This document shows, piece after piece, positions 1 to 12,139 of a DNA stretch of 64,000 bases. Made by a program: the position numbers and the translations under genes. The notes below the pieces were generated by a model. It did no database searches and was not told where the DNA came from. It worked only from the letters and a program-made list of their open reading frames with translations. Source of the DNA: Convolutriloba macropyga (taxonomy: Eukaryota); assembly GCF_964194025.1 (NCBI RefSeq), contig NC_134474.1:18290001-18354000 (forward strand), in the 5' to 3' direction. Each line of letters starts with the position of its first letter. The stretch's first letter is position 1.

Positions 1-900
1 AGCGTTCTTTAGGCTAACGTGGGCCATGGATCAAGAAAATTTTGCCTTAGTGATATATAAAGTCAGGTTTTGCGATTTCGTCAAATGTTTCTCAAAAAGC
101 CAATCTTATTTAAAAAGTGTAATAGGAGCTTCTGAGTCAATTAGTTGTTCAATGTTTCCCATACCGTATTGATAGTGCCTCCTATCCATTAAGATGTTAT
201 AACTACCCGAGATTTTTCTTTTGGGTCAATATTTCAAAAATTCTTACATAAAACAGGTGAAGGTCGGAAACGCTAATTTTTCTAACGTTTTTTATGTAAA
301 AAGTAGTCTCATTTCTTTACTACTGAGTCTAGGCTATTCAAATTGATAAAACAAGCGTGCGTTAGGCTAACGTTGGCCATGGATCAAGAAAATTTTGCCT
401 TAGTGATATATAAAGTCAAGTTTTGCGATTTCGTCAAATGTTTCTCAAAAAGTCAATCGTATCTAAAAAATGTAATAGGACCTTCTGAGTCAATTAGTTG
501 TTCAATGTTTCCCATACCGTATTGGTAGTGCCTCCTATCCATACAGATGTTATAACTACCCGAGATTTTTCTATTGGGTCAATATTTCAAAAATTCTTAC
601 ATAAAACAGGTGAAGGTCGGAAACGCTAATTTTTCTTACGTTTTTTATGTTAAAATTAGTTTCATTTCTTTACTTCTGAGTCTAGGCTATTCAAATTGAT
701 AAAATAAGCGTGCGTTAGGCTAACGTTGGCCATGGATCAAGAAAATTTTGCCTTAGTGATATATAAAGTCAGGTTTTGCGATTTCGTCAAGTGTTTCTCA
801 AAAAGTCAATCGTATTTAAAAAATGTAATATGACCTTCTGGGTCAACGGAGGTGTTCAATGTTACCCAAACTGTTTTGGGAGTGCCTTCTATCCATAAGG
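1..900. repeat. 353-bp tandem repeat (satellite-like), ~2.5 copies, runs off the left window edge
   Basis: Anchor CCATGGATCAAGAAAATTTTGCC at 24, 377 and 730 (period 353). Copies are near-identical; the third degrades after ~845. Confidence 0.95.
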
Positions 901-1270
901 ATTGTGAGGCACCAATTTTTTCTTGTTTTGGGGTCTTCGTTTAAATTTTGGGGGTTAAAATGGTTTTTTTTTAAAAAAAACTCGATTTTTTGTTAAATGT
1001 CCATCCCTTTGTGCCCTTACAGGCACCTTCTCCCATTGTGCTGTATTTTAATTGTGCTTTGTTTCTTTCTTCTATGTTGTGCTATAATATTCCTGGCCTA
1101 TCCGGGATTTTAGATTTTAGCTATATATATATATATGTCTTGGAAAAAAAGAGCCTCTATTTTTGCTTTTTCTGCAAGAAAAACAGTCTGTTTTCCCTTG
1201 TAGTTTAAGAAGCTCATGAGGACTCACGAAAAAACCAAGACTCTTTAAATGCCTCGTTTCTGTTATGGAT

Positions 1271-1452
1271 AATTAGTAGCCATAGAACTTCATATTATGA
1301 AAAAGTTGTAATCATAAAACTTCATTTATGAATAAGTTTTAGTCATAGAACTTTCATTTATGACAAAGTTGTAGTCCTACCAATTTAATATGACTTTTTG
1401 AATGTATGAAGTCTATGATCCATAATATGAAAGTTCTATGATTAAAACTTTT
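1271..1452. repeat. Small foldback-like element: ~32-bp tandem units followed by an inverted copy
   Basis: CATAGAACTTCATATTATGA-type unit three times at ~1276-1377; reverse complement CATAATATGAAAGTTCTATG at ~1422-1441. Confidence 0.6.
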
Positions 1453-3112
1453 TGTCAACCCGGGCATTGTTTTCGAATTATCAGTTTTAGTGATTTTAAT
1501 TTCCGAAATTGGAAACCGTATTCGGGAAATTGCGCAACAGTCATTTCAAATTCCCGTGAGAAAAAATCAAAAAAATCAAGAAATTTTGGGAGAGAAACAC
1601 TTAATTGAATGCATATGCACGTTTCGGTTGCATGTTCTAATACCTTAAATTTTAGACCTGTAATAAACATACAAACACAACAAGAGATTTGATATTCGAA
1701 AACATATAAAGTTGCAATAGCTGCTAAAAAATTCCAATTAGAGTAAAGAAAAGCAAAGGTTAGATATAATAGTAGTAATATATTTTTACTTTGCTGGTGA
1801 ATTGAATATATTTGGTCAAATTTGAGTCTATTCTGCGGTGATACTTGATAGAGAGAAAACGCGTTAATTTGATTGCAGTCTTATCTTAGAGCCCTAAAAG
1901 AAGCCCCCTGCCGATTTTATTTCATAACAACCACAGGCAGGCTTAGCAATTGTAATGATACAAACAGTAAATCAAAATTAACGTTTCTCCTGATAACAAT
2001 TGCTGCAAATCCCACAAAAGCAGATAGCTACTAAACCCAATTTTACAGTAAACCTCTTTAACCGGTAGTTGAGCTAACCTGGTTTGTAAAACTCGAGAAA
2101 CCTTTTTGCCCCTTTAGGGGTATCAGCATATTTGAAAGATTTTAAAGTTACTGATATACTGGCGGGTTATAAACTGGTTATTTTGACACTTATCATGTCG
2201 AGTATCCTAGTTAGATCCCGGTTTATAACTGGTTAACAAATTGGTTGTAAGTGCGGTTATGACTAGTGAAGTTGGTTAGTAAGAGAGGTGGTAAATGGAG
2301 TGGGTTTTGATTGATTAGTTAATGTAGTAAAATGAGGTAGAGATTCGTGATCGGATAAGACCGTGTCAAAGTCAATAAAATGCCCTCGAGCGGTAATAAA
2401 TACCGACGTATACAGAATCCATCAAAGAATTCAAGCCAAATTTCAGCTGTCAAAAACAAACACAGTCAAGGAAGCGTGTATAGTGTCCATGAATGGGAAG
2501 AATAGAATATACCACGCTCAATATAAAGCACAATTAAAATCTATAGATTGATGCTCTAAGGAAAATAGCAAACAGAAAATGAGTTGAGATCCAATTACTT
2601 GAATACCGCGATTCGTGTTTATCAATTAACTATAGAAGTGAGGTACAAAGTTACATCATTATCAGCTTTACAAGTACTTCTGTACTTATAAGTCAAAAAT
2701 TCGCCGAATAAAGAGGAAATGCTTTTAGTGCTCAAAATCTACTCTAGTTTTACCATAATTTCCCAAAAATAATCCAATTAGTCAGGTTTTATATTTAATA
2801 ACAGCTTTTTCGGAGAGAAATTACTAGCTGTCTGTAAAACTGTACAGGCTATCGCATGTAAATCACTGATGTCTTCTAAAATCTATTTGGACGAGCAGAA
2901 AAACATTGAACACAATTGATTGTGATTTGTTGTTCCTTCTCAACCTATCGGGTGAGTGGTCCTTATGTCTTAAAAGGGCTACATTATCCTTGAAAGCTTT
3001 TTGGTATTAAATTTTTTTGACCTGACAGCTTATCTTGTGATTTGTAGTATCATATCAAATCGCGTTCTAAATTATACTCAAAGTGATGTTTTTCATTTTA
3101 GCGCCTAGCTTA

Positions 3113-4700
3113 ATTGTTCCGACCCCCACTTTAGTGCGGGGGAAAGAACTATATGCTCAAATGGTTTTTTTGTTCAGTCAATTTTGGCCGATCGTTATAT
3201 TGATCGTACAGAGTTGTGAATGGTATCATTAGAAATTACGTACATCCGAAAACAAGGAAATAAAAAGATTTTTTCGGATTTCGTTTTTTACACGTAGTTA
3301 TCGGGGTTTAAAGTTTGAATATGCGGCAGTTTTTATTCACATTTTCCGCCATTTTGGATAAAACTTGGCTCAATTTTACTAATATAACTGAAAACATATT
3401 AATATTTTTATGGAGAGAGCGTTATTGTTCTTGTTAGAGATAGAAGAGTGACCCTGAATTGCTTGATTGAAGTTGTTTTTGTATGGTTTTTTTGGGGTGG
3501 TTTTTTTTTCATTTTTAATAAGTTTCAAAATTCAAACTTTTCTCATCAAAGATGGCACAAAATATGCTTTCTCTGGTCCACTTTGCTTAAATTTGCCAAA
3601 AGTAGAGACCTAGAAACCACTTAAACCACTTAGACAGTCTCCGTAAGCTCCAAAGAGAGCTAGTTGACCTTCGTCGCTCTATAGAATTCTTCTAGTAATA
3701 AAATTGTACCGTTTCTTTGCAAATTTAACTACATTATTTTACAGAATGCATAATTTGTTTTTGATTTTTTGAAATTTTAACTTAAAAAGTGGTCTAATTT
3801 ACACACATTTGAAGCAATAAGGTGTATTTTAGGAGCGCAGCAACAACAAGGATGAATTTGATCTCATAATGGATACTTACAATCGGATATTTTTTAATTT
3901 TTATTTGGGTGCTGAATTTCTTTAAAAAAATTGCTTTAATTGTTTCTTTAATGTTAATTACTGACAAAATTATCAATTCACGGCTCAATTAACGACAGCT
4001 CCCATTTACATGTGGCTGAGTGTAGATATAGTTTGTTTTCAGAGAAAACATATCGGTTTTTCTTTGACAAAGAGTTTTAGTAAACTTTAACTGAACACTT
4101 GTGTTCTGCCTTCATTTTCTATTTTTTGCAGTCTGATTGCTAATTCTTACTAATCAAAGATCCAAATGGCTTCTTCAAGAGTTTTTTTTGAGCACATACA
4201 ATACATTCGTCAGTTATGTGTTGTCTATTTTGACATTGGATATAATTGTTCAAAGATAATTTGAGTGACTTTTTGAAGTTGTCCAATTGTTATCTCATTT
4301 GTGTCAATTTTCAGTTTTTTCTCAGTAAATACAGGTTCATTTTTCTTTCATATGAGACACAAAATTTTCTTTGTGGCGGTTTTCTTAAATAACGACTTCT
4401 TGGTTGTGGTAATATGAGTTTTTATACAAAATTGTTTGATTTTTGTGCGTTATTGCTCAGTTTTGCTGTTGCTTTTGTCTCTTTGGTTAATTGCCACATT
4501 ACTGAAAAAACAACCCAAGAAAGCACTTGAACTACCAATTGAGTTTTTTATTGCCTTTATGAAATATGATTTTAGGGGTTGAGACACCCGTTCTCAAGAT
4601 TTCGGTACATCTTTTTATTTTTGACCTGTAATTGTTGTTGTTTTTTGTAGTCGTATGCAATATTTACTTTGTAACAAAAAACTCAATGGCCAGCTATGGT
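3113..4700 (+). mobile_element. Dispersed repeat with hairpin terminus (Helentron/Helitron2-like, tentative), copy 1
   Basis: Begins TTGTTCCGACCCC...GGGGGAAAGAACTATA. Colinear with the reverse complement of ~31500-33075 (shared CTCAAATGG-T run-GTTCAGTCAATTTTGGCCGATCG, TGGTATCATTAGAAA, GTCCACTTTG.TTAAATTTGC). Right boundary approximate; superfamily is inference. Confidence 0.55.
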
Positions 4701-6280
4701 TAATTAAGTGAACTCAGTAACTAACTTTAGTATATATTTAAAACTTTAGTAACGTTTCATTTAAATTTTTCAAAAAAGTAAAACTTTTCTCTTTTCGTTC
4801 TGGTTTTTGTAATTTTTTCGTATAGTTTACGTAGTTTAAGCTAATTATTGGCAGATCTCGTTAATTTTTCGGCTTATTTTTATTGTTTTTTTTAATAGTA
4901 TTATGACTCAGTCGAAATAATAACAAGCGCAATTAGATTTCTATGAAGTTACAAGACAAATTTGTCTATTCTTTCAGTTGAAAACTTATGTTTGTTATGA
5001 ATTTTGCAAATATATAAGTTTTTAAAAAAAAACAATAGATTTTTAGCTTTACTCATCATATTTCTGTTATTTTGTTGTTTAGTTTATAGACAAGTGGCAT
5101 ACAATGTCTTGTGAATTACAATTTGTTCTTCCTTATTGTTTTTTTGACCTCAAATGGTCTTTGTTCTTGGTACTATGAGTTCTTGTAAAATTTTCGTGAA
5201 TCTTGCATATCTGCCTGATTTCAGATTTCTGTTTTCTTTTCACAGTACCACAATAATGGGTGGCTCTGTTGCCATTTGAAAAAAGAAGCAATTGGAAAAT
5301 TTAAATGTTCTTGGTGAACATCTTATTGTTTAACTGTCTGGGACACCGTTTTTGTGGAAACTTCGAATTTTTTATTTTTGCCTGTATTTGTCGTTTTTTT
5401 TGTAGTCGTATGACATATCCTGGATAAAGAAAGGTCTCAATCACTTTTTTTGGAAGAGTGAATGGATCGCTCGTTGATTCCAGTGGATACATATTGTTTT
5501 GAATCAGTTTGACATGAATTTTTTCTGACCCCATTTCGATTTGTTAATTGTTTGTTTTAAAAAATGGACGAGTTTTGGTCGAAATTAATATTTGTAGTTG
5601 TTTAATATTTTTGCCGCTTTTTCCTGTAGTCACATTAGGGACTATCGGCTCTCTAAGGTATATTGTTTCATTTTCATTTAGTGGTTTGTTGAACGATTTG
5701 GTATTTTTTTATCTCTTCCTCATTTGGTAGACAATTAAAATGTAAATGAGCGGGTTCTGAACATTATGTGCAAACGCATATTAACGAGCCTCTTTGTTTT
5801 TTTTTGTTCATGCAGTTTACTGTTTGGCTCCAACTTGTGGAGCGATGAATTATGTGCTCAACTTGTCTTGTTTTGTTCAGTCTATTTTGATGAATTAATG
5901 TAATTTTGTGTAAAAAATCTATGAGTGGCAACATAGCGAAGTCCGCCGAGCTTAGACTATAAGTGAAGTATTTTACCAATTTCCTACCTTTTCAAAGATA
6001 TATCCAATTTGCAAGTTTAGTGAACATCTGCCCGTATTCACTACTTTTGTTCATTTCTTCAGTCGTTTTCGCTCAAATTTTGATAATTTGTGCATAGAAG
6101 CCAAAATTTTAGCACTACGAGGAAACGTTAAAATTAAAGAGTTTATTGAAATATTTGACCCCATAAAGGCTGTATTTGATGTTATTTTTAGATTTGTTTT
6201 GTTCTTTATCTCTTAATGGCAACCTATTTTTCCTAGTTTTCTTATCCAATAGTTGCAAGAAGAATATAAAAATTTTTATA

Positions 6281-6283
<3 letters not shown>

Positions 6284-6322
<39 letters not shown>
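6284..6322. repeat. (TA)n microsatellite
   Basis: Direct reading; it produces the spurious IYIYIY ORF. Confidence 0.95.
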
Positions 6323-6327
<5 letters not shown>

Positions 6328-6571
6328 TTTATAATCTTCTCGCAACTACAGGATAAGAAAACTAGGAACAATAAGTCACCATTAAAAAAGAAGAAACAGA
6401 ACACAAAATAAAAAAATATCAAATAAAGCTTTTAATTCTTCAACCCAAAGTTTGTGTACAAATAAATGCTTCTGTAGGTTTTTAACAAAAATTCCTGAAA
6501 TATGAACCACTCAATGAATTAGCAAAGCAATGTATTTCACTAGAAATAATCATCAAAGTTAAATTTAAAAG

Positions 6572-6573
<2 letters not shown>

Positions 6574-6617
<44 letters not shown>
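6574..6617. repeat. (TA)n microsatellite
   Basis: Direct reading. Confidence 0.95.
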
Positions 6618-6621
<4 letters not shown>

Positions 6622-6639
6622 TATCACACCTTTCTGGTA

Positions 6640-9600
6640 TTGTACCACTAAGATTTGTTTTGAGACACCGAGTTGATTTTAAAAAAAACTCTTACAAACA
6701 TATGTTCGAATTTATCTGAAATTATTTTGCTTAAAACAATACTTTTGCTGTGTATTTGGTTCTCGATGCTGTTATTTTTTATATCGTTTTTTAATGCAAT
6801 GGCCAGTACAAATTTGATATCAAATTATTGTTACAACCCAAAACTTCAGTTTTTTAAAATAAGTATCTTCTCGAACAATTTTCTGTCTAACGGTTGATGT
6901 CAATCCGTCAATGTTAAAAAAACAAAACCTGTCAATTTATACGAACAATCGTATTTCGACATGAAGAAAATTAGCTTTTGGGTAGGTGCTTTGAAGTATA
7001 TGAATTAACTAAAACCAACATATTGATGGATGTATTTTCAGATCATCATAAAAGTGAAACGACAGAATGATAACCAAATCAGGAAAAATGAAAATTGAGA
7101 AATCTAAAACAAAAATCAAAACAAAACATGATTTGGTTATACGTTAAATATCACTTAACTTAACCCATTACATAATTTCTTCAATCTAAACACCTAGAAG
7201 TCACGCACCGTAAAAGTTGGTCGATAAACAAAATCGAACGCTCAAACTATAAACTTATAAGAGCAGCAGAATTTTGTACGCGACACAAAAACACTTCAAA
7301 ACGGAACGAAAACAGAAAGAAGCCAAAGAACATGAATCAATCTCTTACACACCTTTATTCCTATCTCCGAGAAGTATATATTTATTCGTCAATCATTATT
7401 TTGACAAATAATAAGAAAAAAGTGTTATAGAAAAACTGTAAATGATTCAAATTCTTATTAATCAACCCTTTCGTGCTTTTTTGAGCTACATCCTTCCGAA
7501 ACTATGCAATGAAAACAAACCGAAAGTTTTGAAGAGCTATAATTTAAGAAAATAATGAAATTAACTTGGAGCAGAAAGACAAAATTTCATAAAACCTCAA
7601 ATGACACAAATTTGAATAAGAATGATTACTGATCCACTTTCTCAGCAATTGATAGAAGAATAATCAAAAATTAATAATCATGGACTCCAAAGACATGCAA
7701 TGTTGAAATGAGTAAAAATAAATTAAGAAAATTGCCTGAACTCTGAGAACATGCAACATTGAATATAGGAAAAAAGAAAATAAAAACTTCCATTAATGAC
7801 TGCTAAATGTGAAACTTCATTCGATTTTTAGTTGCGTTTGTAGGAAAAAACAATCTGCTCTCCTTTGAACAATTTCAAGGTTTTATAGCTTATTTACTTG
7901 ATTGCTAAACGCAAAAAAATAATGTTGAGTTTAAATAGAAGTACGAGAAAAGCGAATGTTATTGCACGAGTTTGTCGTGCTTTGATCTTTTCAAAGAACC
8001 AAAGCCAGCCAAAAATTGTCAAAAATTGAATGGATTCTCATTCTCCCCTATTTTTTTAATTCAACTCCAACTCCAGAAAACAAAAGATAGTTGCAGCGCT
8101 AGTACCCTAATTTCTGAACCTTTTTGTTACAACTATGAGAAATTTTTTGACACTAAAATGCTATTACAAAATTTTTTGCAATAATTATGTTAAAATGTTT
8201 TGTTTACAACAACTTTTTTGCAGTTTCTTTGATTCTCAAGGCCGCAATTTGTTTATATCGTTTTTCATTGCAATGGCCAGCACAAAAATGTTTGCAAATC
8301 ATTGTCACATCCCAATGTTTCAATTTTTCAGAAAAAGTAACCTCTCCAACAATTTTCCTTTTGATATCAATCTCTCAAATTTAGAAAACTACCTGCCAAC
8401 TTTAACAAACAATCGTATTTTTAAATGAAGAAATTAAGCATTTGCGTAGGTTATATATAATATATGATTTAACTAATGCCAGGGTATTCATGGATGTGTT
8501 TTTAGATCACCATCAAAGTGAAACGACAGAATGGTAACCAAATCAGGATAAATAAAAATTGAGAACTTACAAAACAAAAAATAATGAAACCAAAAATAAC
8601 AATTGATCTGGTCACACAATCAGTTTCTTTTAACATACCTAATTTGTTTATTCTCAAAACTTAGAAGTCAAACACCATCAAGTTTGGTCGATAAACATAA
8701 AATCGAACGCACAAACTATTAACTAAAACCATATATTAAGAGCAGGACAATTGTGTACGCAACATAAAAAGACGTTCAGAAGAAAAAACGGAAAGAAGAC
8801 AAAAAACGTAGGTCAAACTCTTAAATCCCTTTTCCTGGCTCCGTGAAAAGTATATAACTTTGCCGATCATTATTCGAAAATTAAAATAAAAACTGTCATA
8901 CAAGAACCCTAAACTATTCAACATCAAGAACAGAACTCTTTTATTAATTTAGCCTTTCGTATTTTTTGAGCTAAATCTTTTAAAAAATATGTAATAAGAA
9001 ACAACCAAAATATTTGAAGAGCTATAATATAAAAAAGTAGTGAAATGAAATTTTGAGCAGAAAAAAAATTCATTAAAACAGAAATGACAGAATTCCTATG
9101 ACAGAATTTGAATAAGAATGATTACTGATCCATTTTCTCTGCAATTGAGGCAGAAAAAATGCCTGAAAATGCCTGAAATCTGAGGACATGCAAAATTGAA
9201 ATGAGGAAGAACGAAAATAAAAAAATTCCGTTAATGCCTGCTAAATTTATGTGAAACTTCTAACTTTAGTTGCTTTGTTATTAACAAAAAAATTGCTCTC
9301 TTTTCATCAGTTTCCAGGTTTTATTGCTCATTTATTTCATTACCAATTCACGGACAAAAATACAACTCGAATTAAACATTTTGTTTGAAAATATTTTCAT
9401 AATTTTGTACGAAAAATAGCTAATTTTATTACACGAGTCTCTCATGCTTTGATTTCTTCAAATAACAAAATGAAGCCAAAGTTTGTCAAAAATTGTTTGT
9501 ACTCTCATTTTTCCCCAATTTTTCATTTCAACTCCAACTCTAGAAAACAGAAGATCTAGTACTTCATTTTTTACACCTGATACCACAAGGGGAACTTTTG

Positions 9601-10615
9601 TGACACTGAATTGATACTAAAGATTTCTTGCAACAAATAAACGTTTGAATTTATCTGAAATTTTTTTGGTTACAACAACACTTTTTGCTGTGTATTTGGC
9701 TCTCGATGCTGCTATTTTTGCATAGTTTTTTCTCGCAATGGCCAGTACAGAAACATTTTCAAATTATTGTAATAGCCCAATGCTTCAATTTTTCAAAAAA
9801 GTATCGTCTCGAACAATTTTCTGTCTGACGTTTGACATCAATCAGTCAATTTAAAAAAACAAAACCTGTCAATTTATACAAACAATCATATTTGGACATG
9901 AAGAAAATTAGCCTTTGGGTAGGTGCTTTGAATTATATGATTCAACTAAAACCAACATATTGATGGATGTATTTCAGATCTTCCTAAAAGTGAAACGACA
10001 GAATGATAACCAAATCAGGAAAAAAGACAAATTGAGAAATTACAAAACCAAAAAACCAGAACTAAAAATGATCTAGTTACACGTTCAAATTCAATTAACT
10101 TAACCCCACAAACTAATTGCTTCAATCTCAAAACCTAGAAGTCACGCACCATCAAATTTGGTCGATAAAGATAAAATCGACCGTACAAATTATGAACTTA
10201 TAAGAGAAGAATTGTGCACGCGACACAAAAACAAGTCAAAACGGAAAGACAAGGGAAAGAAGACAACGAACCTGAGTAAAACTCTTACACAACTTTATTA
10301 CTAACTCCGTGAAGTGTGCATTTATTTGTCAATCATTATTTTGACAATTAATAAGAAAGAATTGTTATAGAAAAACTCTAAAGTTTTCAAAATCAAGAAC
10401 TTTTTGTAAATTAGTCTTTCGTACTTTTTTTAGCTAAACCTATTAAAAGTATGCAATAAAAACAGACCAGAAGATTTGAAGAGCTATACTCTAAGAACGT
10501 AATGAAATTAACTTTGAGCAGAAAGACAAAGTGAAACTTCCCATGACAGAAACTTAGATAAGGTTGGTTACTGGTCTACATCCTCAACAATTGAGAGAAG
10601 ATTAATCAAAAATTG
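6640..10615. repeat. Diverged tandem repeat, ~1.47-kb unit, ~2.7 copies
   Basis: Anchors GCAATGGCCAG at ~6796, 8270, 9735; GTGAAACGACAGAATG at ~7054, 8518, 9990; TTCAACTCCAACTC at ~8060, 9526. Confidence 0.9.
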
Positions 10616-10761
10616 ATATTCGCAGGCTATTATGATACTTATTATTTGTGACTGTAAACACCTTTATCACTCTCAAAACTTCTCAATGCAAATGCTGATA
10701 GTGTACGCTTAAAAATTGACTCCAGTGACATTATTTTTTAATAAAATTTGAAATAAGTTTT

Positions 10762-11258
10762 TGTGATGGTTTCAATGAAACATCAAGAAACTTAGAAGTT
10801 TTATTAAAGTTTCAAAGAACGAAAGAAGAACTTACCTGACGAACTTTATTGCTGTGTCGATAAGTAATGGCTACAAAACTAAACTCAATTCTAATTTTGT
10901 TTTGGCGCTATCATTATCTTATTGACCTATCAATCATATGTCAGAAGTAAATTCTCCCACCAACAGAAACCTGATTCTAACATCCACCGACATCCAACTA
11001 ATGAACTCGATTGTACCCAAGCCATATATGATTCTCATGAAATGTTGATGAAAATAGAAAATCACCTCCGGGATTCGGAGTTAAGATCTATTCACATGCC
11101 AATCATGTAAAATATTTTTAGCTAATCTAAATTTTCTTTGTATATTTTCGCATAGATAACCACTATAAATACAAGCTAATTTTTGTATATTTTCAGTTCA
11201 AAATTTAATTTAAAATTCAACATATTGAAATCTTTGACCCTTGTTATCGACCACGACG
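10762..11258 (+). repeat. 5' LTR
   Basis: Matches 15141-15637 with about 9 substitutions by eye; ends CG rather than CA. Confidence 0.95.
11164..11198 (+). promoter_or_regulatory. Putative LTR promoter (TATA box + initiator)
   Basis: TATAAA at 11164-11169 and TCAGTT at 11193-11198, with the A 31 nt downstream of the TATA start. Also present in the 3' LTR. Confidence 0.55.
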
Positions 11259-12100
11259 ATGGTGTCCAGACCAGCTACAGACAGACAAATTTTGGATCTA
11301 CAGAATGCAGAATCAGCTACTGCGTGGATTATGTCTTTTGTGGCGAAATGTCGCGCAGAGAAGAAAGAGGACAAGGTCAACACCGATGGTACTGTACAGG
11401 ACCTACAGGTAACCAATCTCTTTCTTAGTAAGTGCGGGCAAGATGCAATTATTAAACTTAGGAGCTTAATGAGTCCTAGGAATTTGATAGACACTCCGTA
11501 TAAAGACATCAGATTGGCGATTCAAAATTATATTTCTCCTAAAGAGAGAGTAGTAACGGCAGAAAGGGCTAAATTTCTGTCCGTAATCCAAGGTGTACGG
11601 GAGTCAGACGACGACTTCCTAGCACGTCTTAGAGAAGAAGCACGCTATTGTGACTTCGAAAAATTGAAAACAGCGGCCAACCCCGAAGAGGAGTTGGTAA
11701 AAATAAAGTTTATCTCAAGTTTGAGGGACCCTGAAGCAAAACTTAGACTACTAGACGGTATTAAAGCAAAACCAGCAATGTCGGTTACTGAAATGACCGA
11801 GAGTTTACAGTTCAGAAGTCAAGCAATGGCGTTTGCAAATTCTTCATCAGGTAATAAGCCCTTTACGGTGAAAGAAGAAGTTGGGTTCAACTTCAAAAAG
11901 ACTTTTCGAAAACCAAATGAAAAAATTACGGCTAATAAAAGCAACAACATGTGCACTAGGTGTGGACGTAAGCCACACTCTAGTAGACCTTGTCCAGCGC
12001 TAAGTAAGAAATGCAACACCTGTGAAAAAGTGGGACACTTCTCAAAAATGTGTAGAAGCAAACCCCAACCAAATTCAGGTAAGTACAAAAACACAATAAC
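11259..12100 (+). pseudogene. gag: Gypsy gag (capsid-like region + two CCHC knuckles)
   Basis: PKERVVTAERAKF...Q..RES...FLARLREEARYCDF capsid motif; CTRCGRKPHSSRPC and CNTCEKVGHFSKMC knuckles. Frameshifted relative to pol. Confidence 0.9.
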
Positions 12101-12139
12101 TTTTGCGAAGAAGAAAATGTTTCTTCAGAGCAAGCATCT

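Noticed and set aside
3654-3696. Hairpin + CTAGT as a Helitron 3' end
   Set aside because: Homology with the intron copy continues past this point and that copy lacks the CTAG, so it is not a supported terminus.
4700-6110. Possible decayed LINE ORF1 on the minus strand
   Set aside because: Only scattered Cys/His residues and an internal diverged duplicate (~4580-4660 vs ~5340-5415); too degenerate to call.
10922-11110. Twin 62-aa ORFs (also 15301-15489)
   Set aside because: They lie in the two LTRs, start at TTG and have no motif; their identity reflects LTR duplication.
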